Positions 1 through 13,439 of a stretch of 64,000 bases of DNA are shown one piece after another. The notes beneath the pieces were generated by a model. That model ran no database searches and was not told the origin of the DNA. It was given only the letters and a program-made list of their open reading frames with translations. The position numbers and the translations under genes are program-made. Origin of the DNA: Ginglymostoma cirratum. Lineage: Eukaryota. Location of the stretch: contig JAHRHZ010000061.1 of NCBI GenBank assembly GCA_024137785.1, positions 1,948,066 to 2,012,065 of the forward strand, read 5' to 3'. Every line of letters begins with the position of its first letter. Position 1 is the stretch's first letter.

Positions 1-350
1 ATCTCCTTCTGGCATTTTTTCTGTGTCCTGGCATCTACTGCCTCCAATGAGATGTCTGTGAACTGCCTTCAGTGCAATTACATCTTTCCTCAAGTAAGGG
101 GGCCAAAAATGTATACATACTCCATGGATGTGGTCTTATCAACACTTCGTTAAGTTGCAACAATACTCCCCTGCCTTCTTTCCTTTAGCAATAAATGCTA
201 AAATGCCATTTGTCCTCCTTTTATTAGCTGGTGTACTTGCATACTAGCTCTCTGTAATTCATGCACAAAGACGCCCAGAGCCCTCTCCATCAAAGCATTT
301 TGATGTTCTTCTCTACTTAGAATGAATTGCTTCTTAATTCTTCATGATAG
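1..350 (-). mobile_element. Degenerate CR1-type LINE fragment (RT C-terminal region)
   Basis: Decayed similarity to the CR1 ORF2 3' region seen in better copies in this window. Confidence 0.6.
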
Positions 351-354
351 AGGG

Positions 355-1380
355 AAGGTAATTGATGAACCAGCCGGAGATGGTAGGGACTAGGACACTA
401 TTGTAAGAAAATCCTGGAGTTGAGACAAATGACTTCTAATAACCACAATTATTTTCCTTTGCTCTCATGATAATTCCAACAAATAAAGAGTTTCCCCCTA
501 TTCCCAGTTACAAATTTTTCTTGATGCCATGCTCAGTCAAACAATGTCAAGGGTAGTCACCTTCATTTCACCTCTGAAATTCAGGTCTGTGGTCCATATT
601 TGGACCAAGGCAGTAATGAGGCCAGAGGCTAGGTGAGCCAGGTGGAACACAAACTAAGAATCAGTAAGCAGGTTGGTATTGAGTAAGTGTCTCTTGATAA
701 CACTGTTGGTTACACCTTCTATCACTATACTGTTGATCAAGAGTAGACTGATGGGATGCCAATTGGTCAGTTTGGATTTTCCCTGCTTTATGTCTGCAGG
801 GTTTACAGCTCGGCTAGCGGCATGGCTAGTTTAGTAGCATGTGTCTTCAATACTATTGCCAGAATGTTGCCAGGGCCCATAGATTTTGCACCGACCTGTG
901 CATTCAGCCACTTCCTGACGTCATGCGGAGTGAATTGATTTGGCTGAAGGCTGTCATCTGTGATACTGAGGACACCAAGATACATTGTCCATTTGGCGTT
1001 TCTGGTCAGAAGGTGACTGCAATTGGGTCAATCTTGTATTTTGTGCTGCCATGATGGACTCCCCTATCAGTGAGAATGTAGAAGATGCAGATATCCTTTG
1101 GAGATTACACCTGATCCATTACTGATGGGATTGTTTAACCCTGTCCATCACTGCCTATGCTATTTTTGCATACAAGTACTATTACAAGTACTATTGCCTT
1201 TTAAGTTCACCACGTTGACACCTTTCATTTTTAGATATGCCTGTGCTGCTCCTGAATGAAGTTCTGCACTTTTCATTGAACCATGGTCGATCCTCTAGCA
1301 TGGTAGTAATGGTAGAGTGAGGATATACAGGGCTTTGAGGTTATAGATTCTGATTAAATACAATTCTGTTGCAGCAACTC
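355..1380 (-). mobile_element. Old copy of the LINE family found at 32060-34628 (EN-RT linker and RT start)
   Basis: Reverse complement aligns by eye to about 33100-34150 (e.g. FTPHDVRKWL...KSMGPGNI vs FTPRDIKKRL...KATGPDII) and continues into the RT core. Confidence 0.75.
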
Positions 1381-2009
1381 ACAAAGGCTCTTTCAGCTAA
1401 CCGAGATGAGCCTAAAATACATAGAAAATAGGGGCCAAAGAAAGTGCTCAGCAAAATTGTACTGGTCCTTCCAATATTTTGATATAAGAAATAGGGAAAG
1501 GCCAAGAAGAATATCAGAGGTGAACAGGAAAAGGATGACAGTCATCATAGAGACATCAAAGAAAGGAGAGACTCAGAATGATTAAAATCAACCTTCATAA
1601 GGTCAAACTTTGCTTTAAGGAAATCAACAGTAAGCTTGAGACATATTGTACAATTTGACCAGATGAAAAAATGACATACTTGAAAAAATGTTTTGTTCAC
1701 AGGTTTGCATTCACGCCTGGGAGGGCTAAGAGAAGGACTGAACCATGCTGCACTCAGCTTGTTTCCTGTGCACAGTGCTGCACTGCTGAATGTGATACAC
1801 CACCGCATCCTGCTCATCTGTTATCTCTGGGTGTTCAGCCTGATAAGATCAAAAGATTATACTTTAGCTACAATGATGAGTGGGTTGGGATGTGTAAGGA
1901 TTTAAATTAAATAACTTTTGATCATGACCACAACTCAGGTCCAATGCTCCTTCTGAATTTAACAGGCAGGTTATGGATGTCTGCTTATCCTGCTCCCTAA
2001 AATTATAAT

Positions 2010-2340
2010 ATAGAACATGGAATTGTACAGCACAGGAATGGCCCCTTGTTGTGCCGAACATAACACTAAATTAAACTAACCTCTTCCTGGTTGACCTTGG
2101 TTAATATTCCTCCATTCCTTACATATTCATGTGCGTATTTAAAAGTCCTTTAAATGCCCCTATTGTATCTACCTCCACTAACCACCCCTGGCAGAACATT
2201 CCAGACTCCTACCTCTCTCTGTGTAAAAAAAACTTGCCCCTCACATCTCCTTTGAACTTTCCTCCTGTCACCTTAAATGCATGCCACCTAGTATTAGACT
2301 TATCAGCTCTGGGGAAATGATTCTGATTGTCAATTCTAAT
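2010..2340 (-). mobile_element. CR1-type LINE 3' end
   Basis: atagaacat tail and 3' UTR like the copy at 5181-5480. Confidence 0.7.
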
Positions 2341-2554
2341 TCTGATTCTGTTTTATCATTGCAGTGGTTGGGAGTGGTGAAATTTTTGAACTTATTGGTG
2401 CAATTACTAAACTTAGAGATCAATAAGCTTTTGTAATTGAATTCTGATGTGTTTGTTGTTTACTGTATGATTAGCCTACATAACATATACCATTGATAGT
2501 TCAGTTCCGTTGAGTTGGATATCTTAAAGTTTATTTATAACACTGCTTTCAAGG

Positions 2555-2820
2555 CTATATTTTTAATTTCAAAAATATACTTTATTCATAATATATATAT
2601 ATGCATAGTCACTAAGCAGTTTGGTCTGTCCAGTGGTATGTGAAGAAACAAACAAATGTTGGATTCTATTCTATCCAGCAAACGAAACAGAAGCAATTGT
2701 TACATGTATAACGTATATTTATGTTTATTTGAGGCCTTTGGTGATCCAATAACTGAAGGGACCTCCATTTAATTTTGGCAGAAAGACCTCAAACAGTGGT
2801 CTTTCCCCACTTCGCCCACA
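2555..2820 (-). mobile_element. Probable L1/Tx1-like LINE 3' end
   Basis: Poly(T) on plus with tttatt (AATAAA on minus) and a gtggtctttccccac terminal motif. Confidence 0.4.
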
Positions 2821-3788
2821 AGGCCATGATATTACAGATGTACGTGTATAACCTGAGTCCTATGCTCACTGATGTTACTATACGTTACACCCACATGTAT
2901 CACTAACTGACCCCATTAAACAGTGAGAGTGATCACAGCAGAGCCAGTCACTTCTGTACTGAAACGTAACATGTCATGTTGTCATGTAATTGTCTTAAAG
3001 GTAAAGGCCAATCTAGTCTGGAATCTACGCCATGCAACTTTTATCATTCTCTAAGAGCAAGAGGATGACTAAGGAAAGGGTTGGGCCATTCCGAAAAGTA
3101 CATGGTAACTTATGCATGGATGCTGAAGAGTGAGCAGTATTCTAAATGAATATTTTTCTTTGACTTCACGAAAGAGAGAGATGAAGCAGACATTCTAGTT
3201 AAAAAAGGAGGTGTGTGAAACATTGGAACCAAATGAGAAGGGAAGCACAGGATGAACTGATGTTGTAGATGGATTAATCATGAACATCAGATGGTTTGAA
3301 TCCTTGGCTGTTAAAGGAAAACAGGGAGAAAATAATGGATGATCTGAGGATCATTTTTCAATCCTTATTAGGTAAAGGAAAGGGCAAAGAAGATTAAAGG
3401 TCTACAAACATTGTACCGATACTTAAAAAATGTACAGGGGATAGGCTAAACATAGGCTGGTCAGTCTGAACTTGATGGTGGACAGTATTGAAACAATATT
3501 GAGAGATAGGATTATCCATTAGCTAGAGAGGCATGGGTCAGTCAGGGATAGTCAGTGTGGTTTTGTTAAGGAAAGGTTATATCGTCTTTCTGAATATTAA
3601 ATGTTTTGAAGAAGTAAATAGGAGGCTTGATGAAATTAATGGAGTGAATATTATCTACATAAATTTTAGTAAGGCATTTGACAAGATCCTACTTTACAGA
3701 CCTGTCCAAAAAAATCAAAGCTTGTGGGAATTGGGCAATATGATGAGTTGGAACCAAAACTGTTTCAGTGACAGAACACAAAGGTTAT

Positions 3789-3856
3789 GTTAATAGTTAA
3801 TAGATTAATGGTTAGGTTTATATAATAGATTAATAGGTTAATGGTTAATAGATGTT
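3789..3856 (+). repeat. Short imperfect tandem repeat (taatggtt/taatagat) inside CR1
   Basis: gttaatagttaatagattaatggttagg...taatagattaataggttaatggttaatagatg. Confidence 0.6.
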
Positions 3857-3949
3857 TTTTGTGGTTGGAAAGCAGCTTCCAGCAATGTTATTCTGTGTTC
3901 AGTTGTTTAAGATATATGTCAATGACTTAATCTTAAACATGGGAGGTAT

Positions 3950-4258
3950 CGTAGAATCATAGAATCCCTACAGTGTAGAAACAGGCCCTTCGGCCCAACA
4001 AGTCCACACCGACACTTGGAGCATCCCACCAGACCCATCCCCCTGTAACTCATCTAATCTACACATCCCTAAACACCATGGGCAATTTAGCATGGCCAAT
4101 CCACCTAGCCTGAAACATCTTTGGACTGTGGGAGGAAACCGGAGCACCTGGAGGAAACCCACGCAGACACGGCGAGAATGTGCAAACTCCACACAGACTG
4201 TTGCCTGAGGATGGTCCCTAGCGCTGTGAGGCAGCAGTGCTAACCACTGAGCCACCAT
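3950..4258 (-). mobile_element. HE1-type tRNA-derived SINE
   Basis: Head gtggctcagtggttagcactgctgcctcacagc, V-SINE-like core, CR1-like tail ending in (ttctat)n; several copies in the window. Confidence 0.9.
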
Positions 4259-4768
4259 AAATTGCAGACAACGGAAAGATTGGCAGCTAGTTGACTATGA
4301 AGAGAATGGCTGTTTACTGTATGGTGACATCAATGATTTGATTAAATGGCTGGAAAAATCAGAAATGGAATTTAATCCTGTAAAGTGTGAAGTTATGCAT
4401 TCGGGAAAAGCAAACAAAGCCAGACAGCAGACAATAACCAGGAGGGTACTGAGAAAAGTAGAGGAAGAGAGAGGCCTTGGTGTGCATATCCTCGGGCCAC
4501 TGAAGGTGATTAGGCTGACAGATAAGGTGTTTTTAAAGACATAAAGGACACTTTCCTTTGTTGAGCAAGATATTAGATATAACAGAAAGAAAACAATTCT
4601 TGAACGATATAAAATTCTGGTTAGGCCACAACTAGAGTTTTGTGTCCAGTTCTGGTCATCACATCCCAGGAAGGACATAATCGATGTTGAGAGAGTACAG
4701 AAGACATTTACATGAATGTTTCCAGGTGTTGAAAATTGCAGCGATGAGGAAATATTGAATAGATTAGG

Positions 4769-5180
4769 GATAACAAGGTGTAGAGCTGGATGAACACAGC
4801 AGGCCAAGCAGCATCAGAGGATCAGGAAAGCTGATCCGCTAGACCCTTCTTCAGAAATGGGGGAGGGGAAGGGGATTCTGAAATAAATAGGGAGAGAGGG
4901 GGAGGTGGATAGAAGATGGATAAAGGAGAAGATAGGTGGAGAGGAGACAGACAGGTGGAAGAGGCGGGAATGGAGCCAGTAAAGGTCAGTGTAGGTGGGG
5001 AGTTAGGGAGGGGATAGGTCAATCCAGGGAGGACGGACAGGTCAAGGAGGCGGGATCAGGCTGGTAGGTAGGAGGTGGGGGTGGAGCTTGAAGTGGGAGG
5101 AAGGGATAGGTGGCAGATTAGGGAGGTGGGGATGAGCTGGGCTGGTTTTGGGATGCGGTCGGGGGAGGGGAGATTTTGAA
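4769..5180 (-). mobile_element. Penelope-like element pLTR (3' part of a copy split by a CR1)
   Basis: Near-identical to 29828-30253; continues at 9400. Confidence 0.88.
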
Positions 5181-5337
5181 CATAGAACACAGAAGATTAC
5201 AGCGCAGTACAGGCCCTTTGGCCCTCAATGTTGTGCCAACCTGTGAAACCAATCTGAAGCCCATCTAACCTACACTATTCCATTATCATCCATATGTTTA
5301 TCCAAAGACCATTTAAATGCCCTTAAAGTTGGCGAGT

Positions 5338-8030
5338 CTACTTCTGTTGCAGGCAGGGCATTCCACGCCCTACTACTCTCTGAGTAAAGAATCTACCTCT
5401 GACATCTGTCCGATATCTATCACCCCTCAATTTAAAGTTATGTCCCCTCTTGCTAGCCATCACCATCCGAGGAAAAAGGCTCTCACTGTCCACCCTATCT
5501 AATCCTCTGATCATCTTGTATGTCTCTATTAAGTCACCTCTTAACCTTCTTCTCTCTAACGAAAACAGCCTCAAGTCCCTTAGCCTTTCCTCATAAGACT
5601 TTCCCTCCATACCAGGCAACATCCTGGTAAATCTCCTCTGCACCCTTTCCAATGCTTCCACATCCTTCCTATAATGCGGTGACCAGAACTATACACAATA
5701 CTCCCAAGTGCGGCCACACTAGAGTTTTGTGTAGCTGCAACATGACCTCATGGTTCCGAAACTCAATCCCTCTACCAATAAAACCTAACACACCGTACGC
5801 CTTCTTAACAACCCTATCAACCTGGGTGACAACTTTCAGGGATCGATGCACAAGGACACTGAGATCTCTCTGCTCATCCACACTACCAAGAATCTTACCA
5901 GTACTCTGTATTCCTGTTACTCCTTCCAAAGTGAATCATCTTACACTTTACCGCATTAAACTCCATTTGCCACCTCTCAGCCCAGCTCTGCAGCTTATCT
6001 ATGTCCCTCTGTAACCTGCAACATCCTTCCGCACTATCCACAACTCCACCGACTTCAGTGTCATCCGCAAATTTACTAACCCATCCTTCTACGCCTTCAT
6101 CCAGGTCATTTATAAAAATGACAAACAGCAGTGGCCCCAAAACAGATCCTTGCGGTACACCACTAGTAACTGAACTTCAGGATGAACATTTCCCATCAAC
6201 CATCACCCTCTGTCTTCTTACAGCAAGCCAATTTCTGATCCAAACTGCTAAATCACCCTCAATCCCATGCATCCGTATTTTCTGCAATAGCCTACCGTGG
6301 GGAACCTTATCAAATACTTTACTAAAATCCATTTCCACCACATCAACTGCTTTACCCGTATCCACCTGTTTGGTCACCTTCTCAAAGAACTCTAAAGTTT
6401 GTGAGGCACGACCTACCCTTCAAAAAACAGTGTTGACTATCCCTAATCAAATTATTCCTTTCTAGATGATTATAAATCTTATCTCTTATAATCCTTTCCA
6501 ATACTTTACCCACAACTGAAGTAAGGCTCACTGGTCCAATATTATCAGGGTTGTCTCCACTCCGCTTCTTGAACAAGGGGACAACGTTTGCTATCCTCCA
6601 GTCTTCTGGCACTATTCCTGTCGACAATGACGGCATAAAGATCAAAGCCAAAAGCCTCTGCAATCTCCTCCCTAGCTTCCCAGAGAATCCTAGGATAAAT
6701 CCCATCCGGCCCAGGGGACTTATCTATTTTCACACTTTCCAGAATTGCTAACACCTCCTCCTTATGAACCTCAATCCTGTCTAGTCTAACAGCCTGTATC
6801 TCAGTATTCTCCTCGACAACATTGTCTTTTTCCTGTGTGAATACTGACGAAAAATATTCATTTAGCACCTCTCCTATCTCTTCAGACTCCAAGCACAACT
6901 TCCCACTACTGTCCTTGATTGCCCTAATTTTACTCTAGGTGTTCTTTTATTCCTGACATACCGATAGAATGGTTTAGGGTTTTCCTTGATCCTACCTGCC
7001 AAAGACTTCTCATGTCCCCTCCTGGCTCTTCTTAGCTCTCTCTTTCGGTCCTTCCTGGCTAACTTGTAACTCTCAAGTGCCCTAACTGAGCCTTCACACC
7101 TCATCTTTACATGAGCCTCCTTCTTCCGCTTGATAAGAGATTCAACTTCTTTAGTAAACCACGGTTCCCTCGCTCGACCACTTCCTCCCTGCCTGACAGA
7201 TACATACTTATCAAGGACGCACAGTAGCTGTTCCTTGAACAAGCTCCACATTTCAATTGTACCCAGCCCCTGCAGTTTCCTTCCCCTTCCTATGCATCCT
7301 AAATCTTGCCTGATCGCCTCATAATTGCCTTTCCCCCAGCTATAACTCTTGCCCTGCGGTGTATACCTATCCCTTTCCATCGCTAAATTAAACGTAACTG
7401 AATTGTGGTCACTATCAGCAAAGTGCTCAACTACCTCCAAATCTAACACCTGGCCTGGTTCATTACCCAGTACCAAATCAAATGTGGCCTCGCCTCTTGT
7501 TGGCCTATCTACATACTGTGTCAGGAAACCCTCCTCCACACATTGGACAAAAACTGACCCATCTAAAGTACTCAAACTATAGTGTTTCCAGTCAATATTT
7601 GGAAAGTTAAAGTCCCCCATAACAACAACCCTGTTACTTTCGCTCCTATCCAGAATCAGCTTTGCAATCCTTTCGGCTACATCTCTGGAACTTTTCGGAG
7701 GCCTACAGAAAACTCCCAACAGGGTGACCTCTCCTTTCCTGTTTCTAACCTCAGCCCATACTACCTCAGTAGACGAGTCCTCATCAAACGTCCTTTCTGC
7801 CACCGTAATACTGTCCTTGACTAACAATGCCACACCTCCCCGTCTTTTACCACCTTCCCTGAACTTACTGAAACATCTAAACCCTGGAACCTGCAACAAC
7901 CATTCCTGTCCCTGCTCTATCCATGTCTCCAAAATGGCCACAACATCAAAGTCCCAGGTACCAACCCATGCTGCAAGTTCACCCACCTTATTCCGGATGC
8001 TCCTGGCATTGAAGTAGACTCACGTCAAAC
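5338..8030 (-). pseudogene. CR1 ORF2 (AP endonuclease plus reverse transcriptase), frameshifted
   Basis: Split among ORFs 6874..7986, 6545..6898, 6382..6705, 6177..6377, 5895..6140, 5669..5929 and 5338..5661. Confidence 0.92.
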
Positions 8031-8120
8031 CACCTTCCTGCCTTCTGGTACACTCCTGCAACCTTGAAACCTTATTCATGACCTCACTACTCTCAACCTC
8101 CTGTACACTGGAGCTACAAT

Positions 8121-9095
8121 TCAGGTTCCCATCCCCCTGCTGAATTCGTTTAAACCCTCCCGAAGAGCATTAGCTAATTGCATCCCCCCCCCCCCCAGGA
8201 TATTGGTACCTCTCTGGTTCAGGTGTAGACCATCCCATTTGTAGAGGTCCCACCTACCCCAGAATGAGCCCCAATTATCCAGGTATCTGAATCCCTCCCT
8301 CCTGCACCATCCCTGTAGCCACGTGTTCAACTGCTCTCTCTCCCTATTCCTCGCCTCACCAGCACGTGGCATGGGTAACAAACCAGAGATAACAACTCTG
8401 TTTGTTCTAGCTCTAAGCTTCCACCCTAGCTCCTTGAATTTCTGCCTTACATCCCCCTCCCTTTTCCTACCTATGTCGTTGGTGCCTATGTGGATCACGA
8501 TTTAGGGCTGCTCCCCCTCCCCCTTAAGGATCCCGAAAACACGATCCAAATCATCACGGACCCTGGCACCTGGGAGGCAACACACCAACAGCGAGTCTCT
8601 CTCATTCCCACAGAATTTCCTATCTGTCCCCCTAACTATGGAGTCGACAATGACTAATGCTCTCCTCCTCTCCCCCCTTCCCTTCTGAGCAACAGGGACG
8701 GACTCTGTGCCAGAGACCTGTACCCCATGACTTACCCCTGGTAAGTCGTCCCCTTCAACAGTATCCAAAACAGTATACTTGTTATTGAGGGGAAAAGCCA
8801 CAGGGGATCCCTGCACTGCCTGCCTGTTCCCTTTCCGTCCCCTGACTGTAACCCATCTACTTTTTTCCTGTACCTGAGGTGTGACTACCTCCCTGTAACT
8901 CCTCTCAATTACCCCCTCAGCCTCCCGAACGATCTGAACTTCATCCAGCTCGAGCTCCAGTTCCCTAACGCAGTTTCCGAGGAGCTGGAGTTGGGTGCAC
9001 TTCCCGCAAGTGAAGTCAGTGGGGACACTAGTGGTGACCCTTACCTCCCACATTCTACAGGAGGAGCATGCAACTGCCCTAACATCCATTCCCAC
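8121..9095 (-). pseudogene. CR1 ORF1 (zinc finger plus esterase), broken by a stop at 8502-8504
   Basis: ORFs 8502..9095 and 8121..8498 are in the same frame; the GDS motif reads VDS. Confidence 0.88.
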
Positions 9096-9399
9096 TGTTC
9101 TGAATTCCCGAACAGACTATTGGAAAAACAAAGAAAAACTAGTAACCTTACCAAATCGGCACTTAGAACATTTTTGTTTTGGTTAGGGGAGGAGGATGGG
9201 TGGGAGACACTACCTAAGTAGTGTTTCGGATAAAGCAACCGCCCAAATATATTACCTCACTTACTCAGCCGTCCCGTGTCCGCTCCTGCTCAGCGTGCGC
9301 TCCGCCTATCCATGAGGTAAGTTTTTAAACTATTAACTTACCTACCCGGCAGCCCCCGGTCCTCACTCTCACTGCTCCTACTGCTGCTGCACAAATGGA

Positions 9400-10001
9400 G
9401 AAGCCTGTGAAGTCCACATTGAGACCATTGGGCTGCAGTGTTCCCAAGCGAAATATGAGGTGCTGTTCCTGCAACCTTCGGGTGACAGCGTTGTGGCATT
9501 GCAGGAGGCCCAGGATGAACGTGTCGTCCAAGGAGTGGGAGGGGGAGTTGAAATGGTTCGCGACTGGGAGGTGCAGTCGATGTCGCGAACCAAGCATAGG
9601 TGTTCCACAAAGCGGTCCCCAAGCCTCCGCTTGGTTTCCCCGATGTAGAGGAGGCCACAATGGGAACAGCAGATGCAGTATACCACGTTAGCAGAGTGCA
9701 GGTGAACATCTGTTTGATGTGGAATGTCTTCTTGGGGCCTGAGATGGGGGTGAGGGGGGAGGTGTAGGGGCAGGTGTAGCACTTCCTGCAGTTGCAGGGA
9801 AACGTGCTGGGGGTGGTAGGGCTGGTGGGGAGTGTGGAGCAGACAAGGGAATCACGGAGAGAGTCGTCCCTCTGGAAAGCAGATAAGGGTGGGGAGGGAA
9901 AAATGTCTTTGGTAGTGGGGTCAGATTGCAGATGGCGGAAGCGTTGGAAGATGATGCGTTGGATCCGGAGGTTGGTGGGGTGGTACGTGAGGACGAGGGG
10001 A
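9400..10001 (-). mobile_element. Penelope-like element, GIY-YIG endonuclease region
   Basis: SANVVYCICCSHCGLLYIGETKRRLGDRF...PVANHFN...QEQHLIFRLGTLQPNGLN. Confidence 0.9.
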
Positions 10002-10330
10002 CATGGAAGACCTGTTTCCTGTAGTGAAGGGAAGTCAATTACCAAGGGTCACAGAAAATGATCGGTAGGAGGATCAGAGGCAACATGAGGAAATTTTTTT
10101 TTCACCCAGATAGTAGTGAGTGTCTGGAATTCACTGCCCTGATTCAGTGGTTGAGACTGAAGCCCTCAACTCGTTTAATGGAACTGCATCTGCATCTGAA
10201 GCTCTACCATCTACAAGGCTGTAGAACAGGTGCCTAAGAAGTGGGATAGGAATAGCAGCTAGTTTACTCAGCCCTAGATGGGTTGAATGGTCTTTGTCTG
10301 TGCTGTAACTTTTCAATGAATCCATGGTTT
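10002..10330 (+). mobile_element. 3' end of the CR1 that starts at about 3040
   Basis: LFP...KGHR and FFTQ-type coding remnant plus 3' UTR, colinear with the part ending at 4768. Confidence 0.75.
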
Positions 10331-10721
10331 CAACTACAAAACAATTGACTTATCTTTCAGCATGCAGCATGGGTTCCCCTGGATTCAGAAAACTGAGCAA
10401 TGAAATAGAAGCGATTTTGAACTAAGTAGGTAGGTATTTAAATATTAATTATCAGTAGAGTAGTGGGGCCAGAGAGAAATAACGTATGCCTCCAAATTCA
10501 GTCATAACATGACGAACCTCAATTTGAACTTGAAGGACAGTACCTGACTTTTTGATTAGGGACCTTATAGTGCTCCAGCTTTAACATTTGCGCTTAGCAA
10601 TTTCAGACCATTAGCTAAAGGTCATTTGCTTCCTTTTGATGTTTGAGGTTTTATTTGTTCTTTATCTGTTTTAACTTTTGGATGGCAGCTACTTATCATT
10701 CTGCCATTCTCACCTCCTCCA

Positions 10722-11560
10722 GGAAGTGTATAAGAAGAGATCGGCAGCTAACATAAAAGGAAATCCAAAATCTTCTGTAGGCATATAACTAGTTAAAGGT
10801 CGTAAAGAGTGGGGAGTGGTGCCAGTTAGGGATCAAAAAGCAGGTATATGCATTGAGGTGGAACATGGCTAAGGTATTAAATGAATTTGCATCTCTCTTT
10901 AGAAAGAAAGGACGACGTAATTATGCAGGCCATTGTGAAAAAGAAGATAGTTCAGACACTTGAAGGGTTTAAAATTAGTAAGGAAGATATTTCCTAGGTT
11001 GTCTATACTGAAATATAATAAAATACTTTAACTGGATTTAATAAAGCAAAGGGTACTGAAGGAAGTGAGAGTGAAAAACTATTGGCCATAATTTTTCAAT
11101 CTTCCTTAGACTCAAGGGTGGTGCCAATGTGCTGCAGATTTGAAAATGTGATATCTTTATTTAAGTAAGTGCTTAAAGATAGGTCCAGGAACTACAGACT
11201 GTCAGTTTAATGTCAGTGGTGGAGAAGCTTCTAGAAATATTTCAGAGCAAAATTTATAGACAAACAAATATAAATTGAGACAAATGTGCCTTTATTAAGA
11301 GAAAATCATATTTAACTAACTTTCTGGAGTTCTTTGAAGACGTGGCAGAGAGGGTTGATGAGGATAATGCTATTGATGCTTAGAAAATGGACATCAAAAA
11401 GGTGTTTACCATACAACTTGTGACCAAAGTTAAAGCTCATGTAATGAAAGGACAGTAGTAATGTGGATGTGAAATTACATGTAGCAATAAGAAAACAAAG
11501 ACGTGGTTTAATGATTTTTCTTTAAGCTGGTGGAAGGTTCATCACTTAGATCCTCAGGAC
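10722..11560 (+). mobile_element. Degenerate CR1 ORF2 fragment
   Basis: IKGNPK, NYRLSV and LTNFLEFFEDV-like remnants. Confidence 0.75.
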
Positions 11561-11844
11561 TCGGTACACAAATAAAGCACAGAAGTGCTACAATCAGAGT
11601 CACACGATTACCAGCAGTAATATCGAGTAAACTGCTGGAACATCGATGAAATGGTTCAACCTGGAGGTGCCGTTTGATACTCTCAAGTGAGAGTATTCAG
11701 GATGCTAGAGGTTTACTATAATGTTCTCTCTGGGTACAGATTTGTGCAGGCACAGATTGTCCTCTTAGACGTACTATGTTGCCATGGCCCCCCAAAGATT
11801 TAAAGATATTGTGCATTCAAATGAAAAGCAATGCCTTTCTTACC

Positions 11845-11990
11845 AAATGCAGAGCAGGAAAAACACAACTGGTCAGACAGCATCCGAGGAGCAGGAAAGT
11901 CCTGATGAAGGGTTTCAGCCCAAAATGTCCTTTTCCAGCTCCACATTTATTGCCTCCAGCTTCCAGCATCTGCAGTCCTTACTGTCTCCA
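11845..11990. mobile_element. Short Penelope pLTR-derived element
   Basis: cagcatccgaggagcaggaaa / cctgatgaagggtttcagccc...ccagcatctgcagt. Confidence 0.7.
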
Positions 11991-12054
11991 AGCCACTCTT
12001 ACTAATACTGTTGTATTGGTGGATACATCTGCAACAGGTGGACTGATGAGGAGA

Positions 12055-12410
12055 ATATAGCATCCCTACAGTGTGAAGAGAGGCCATTCAGCTCATCCAG
12101 TCTGCACTGACCCTCTGAAGGGCTTCCCACCCAATCCCCCACCATATCCCCACAACCCAACATATACCATGGCTAACCCTCCTAGACAACATATCTCTGG
12201 ACACTACAGGGCAATTTAGCATGGCCAATCCACACAGCCTGCACATCTTTGGACTGTAGGAGGAAACTGGAGCACGCAGTGGAAACCCACACAGACACTG
12301 GGAGAACATGCAAACTCCACACAGACAGTCACCCAAGGTGGAATTGAACTCAGGTCCCAGGTGCTGTGAGGCAGCAGAGCTAAACACTGAGCTACCGTGC
12401 CACCCTGTGG
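12055..12410 (-). mobile_element. HE1-type SINE
   Basis: Same family as 3950-4258, with full tRNA head. Confidence 0.9.
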
Positions 12411-13439
12411 CAAGTTAATTTTTCTGTCATGTCAGTTCTTTCATCATCTGTCACAGACATGAATGAATAGTGTATTAGTGGGTCCTACTTCTGTCTACAA
12501 CATTGCTCATTATTCCAGGATTATCTGAAATGCAGAGAAAACCATTGGCTTCCTTTTCCTACCACAAACTGTCTTCTTTAAACCCTGTCCTCTCTCTCTT
12601 CTATCCTCACCTCTAGTGACAAACGTGAGAAGTTCTCAGAACAGTCAGGAAGTTTAAGACTATCTATTCAGCTGCCTCTCTCACTAACCTCAGTTCCCCC
12701 AGGCCATTGGGCTAAGTATCTTCAAATCTGCTGGTCAGTAACATGGAAACTCTCCCTAATCTCCCAGATCCGACAGGAAGAGCACATCACTCTACTAAAA
12801 GCCATCTTTGTTCCTTAACAATTTACAGACCCAGAAAATAACACTGTCTTACTGCTCTAAAAACACTGCTCCAGGATAACGTGGTACCTACGTTTTATAT
12901 TTTTAAAGTTTATTCAAGAGACAGATTGCAATAAAACATATAATCAAAAAAACCCCATTCTACTCACTATTGTATATTTACAGGAAAAAAAACAGTAAGG
13001 TTACACTTTTAAAAAGCCACTTATCTGTACCCCTGCTGTGAGCTCTCAAGGCCTGCTGTGAATTTCACTTTATTTATTTTTCTTAGAACAAACTCCAATG
13101 TCCAGAGATGCTTGAAACTAAACAGCAGAGGCAGTCAGCTATGAACATTTACTGCCTGGTTAGAAAGCTGTGCAGGTTTACTGCTCCATTTATTTTTTCA
13201 CCTCCTTTGTGTCTCAGCCTCTTTTTTAAAGTGCTATTGTTTCTGTCTCTTCTTTTTCCAAAGTTCCAAAATAATGCATTAGCCTGTAAAATAGTAATTA
13301 TTGTTCCAAGAATTCGAAGAAATTAGCTCCAACACTGAAAATACCTCAAAAAAAGGAGCAGTTCTTACCTCCACAATTTTTTTCCATCGTCCATCTTGGA
13401 TTATCCAGAATCCTTTTCTTGAAATATAATGCCCAACTC

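Larger units (their letters stand above)
3040..4768 (+). mobile_element. Degenerate CR1 ORF2, 5' part (host of nested insertions)
   Basis: IYINFSKAFDKI and MEFNPVKCEVMH in the ORF track; resumes at about 10002. Confidence 0.85.
5181..9399 (-). mobile_element. Near full-length CR1 LINE (HER1-like), about 4.2 kb, inactivated
   Basis: 5' UTR; ORF1 (CSSC...CGKC zinc finger, leucine zipper, SGNH esterase HIGTND/DGLHLN); ORF2 (APE MGDFNFP/SDHN, RT DFSKVFDKVPH/KFADD); (catagaa) tail; several stops and frameshifts. Confidence 0.95.
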
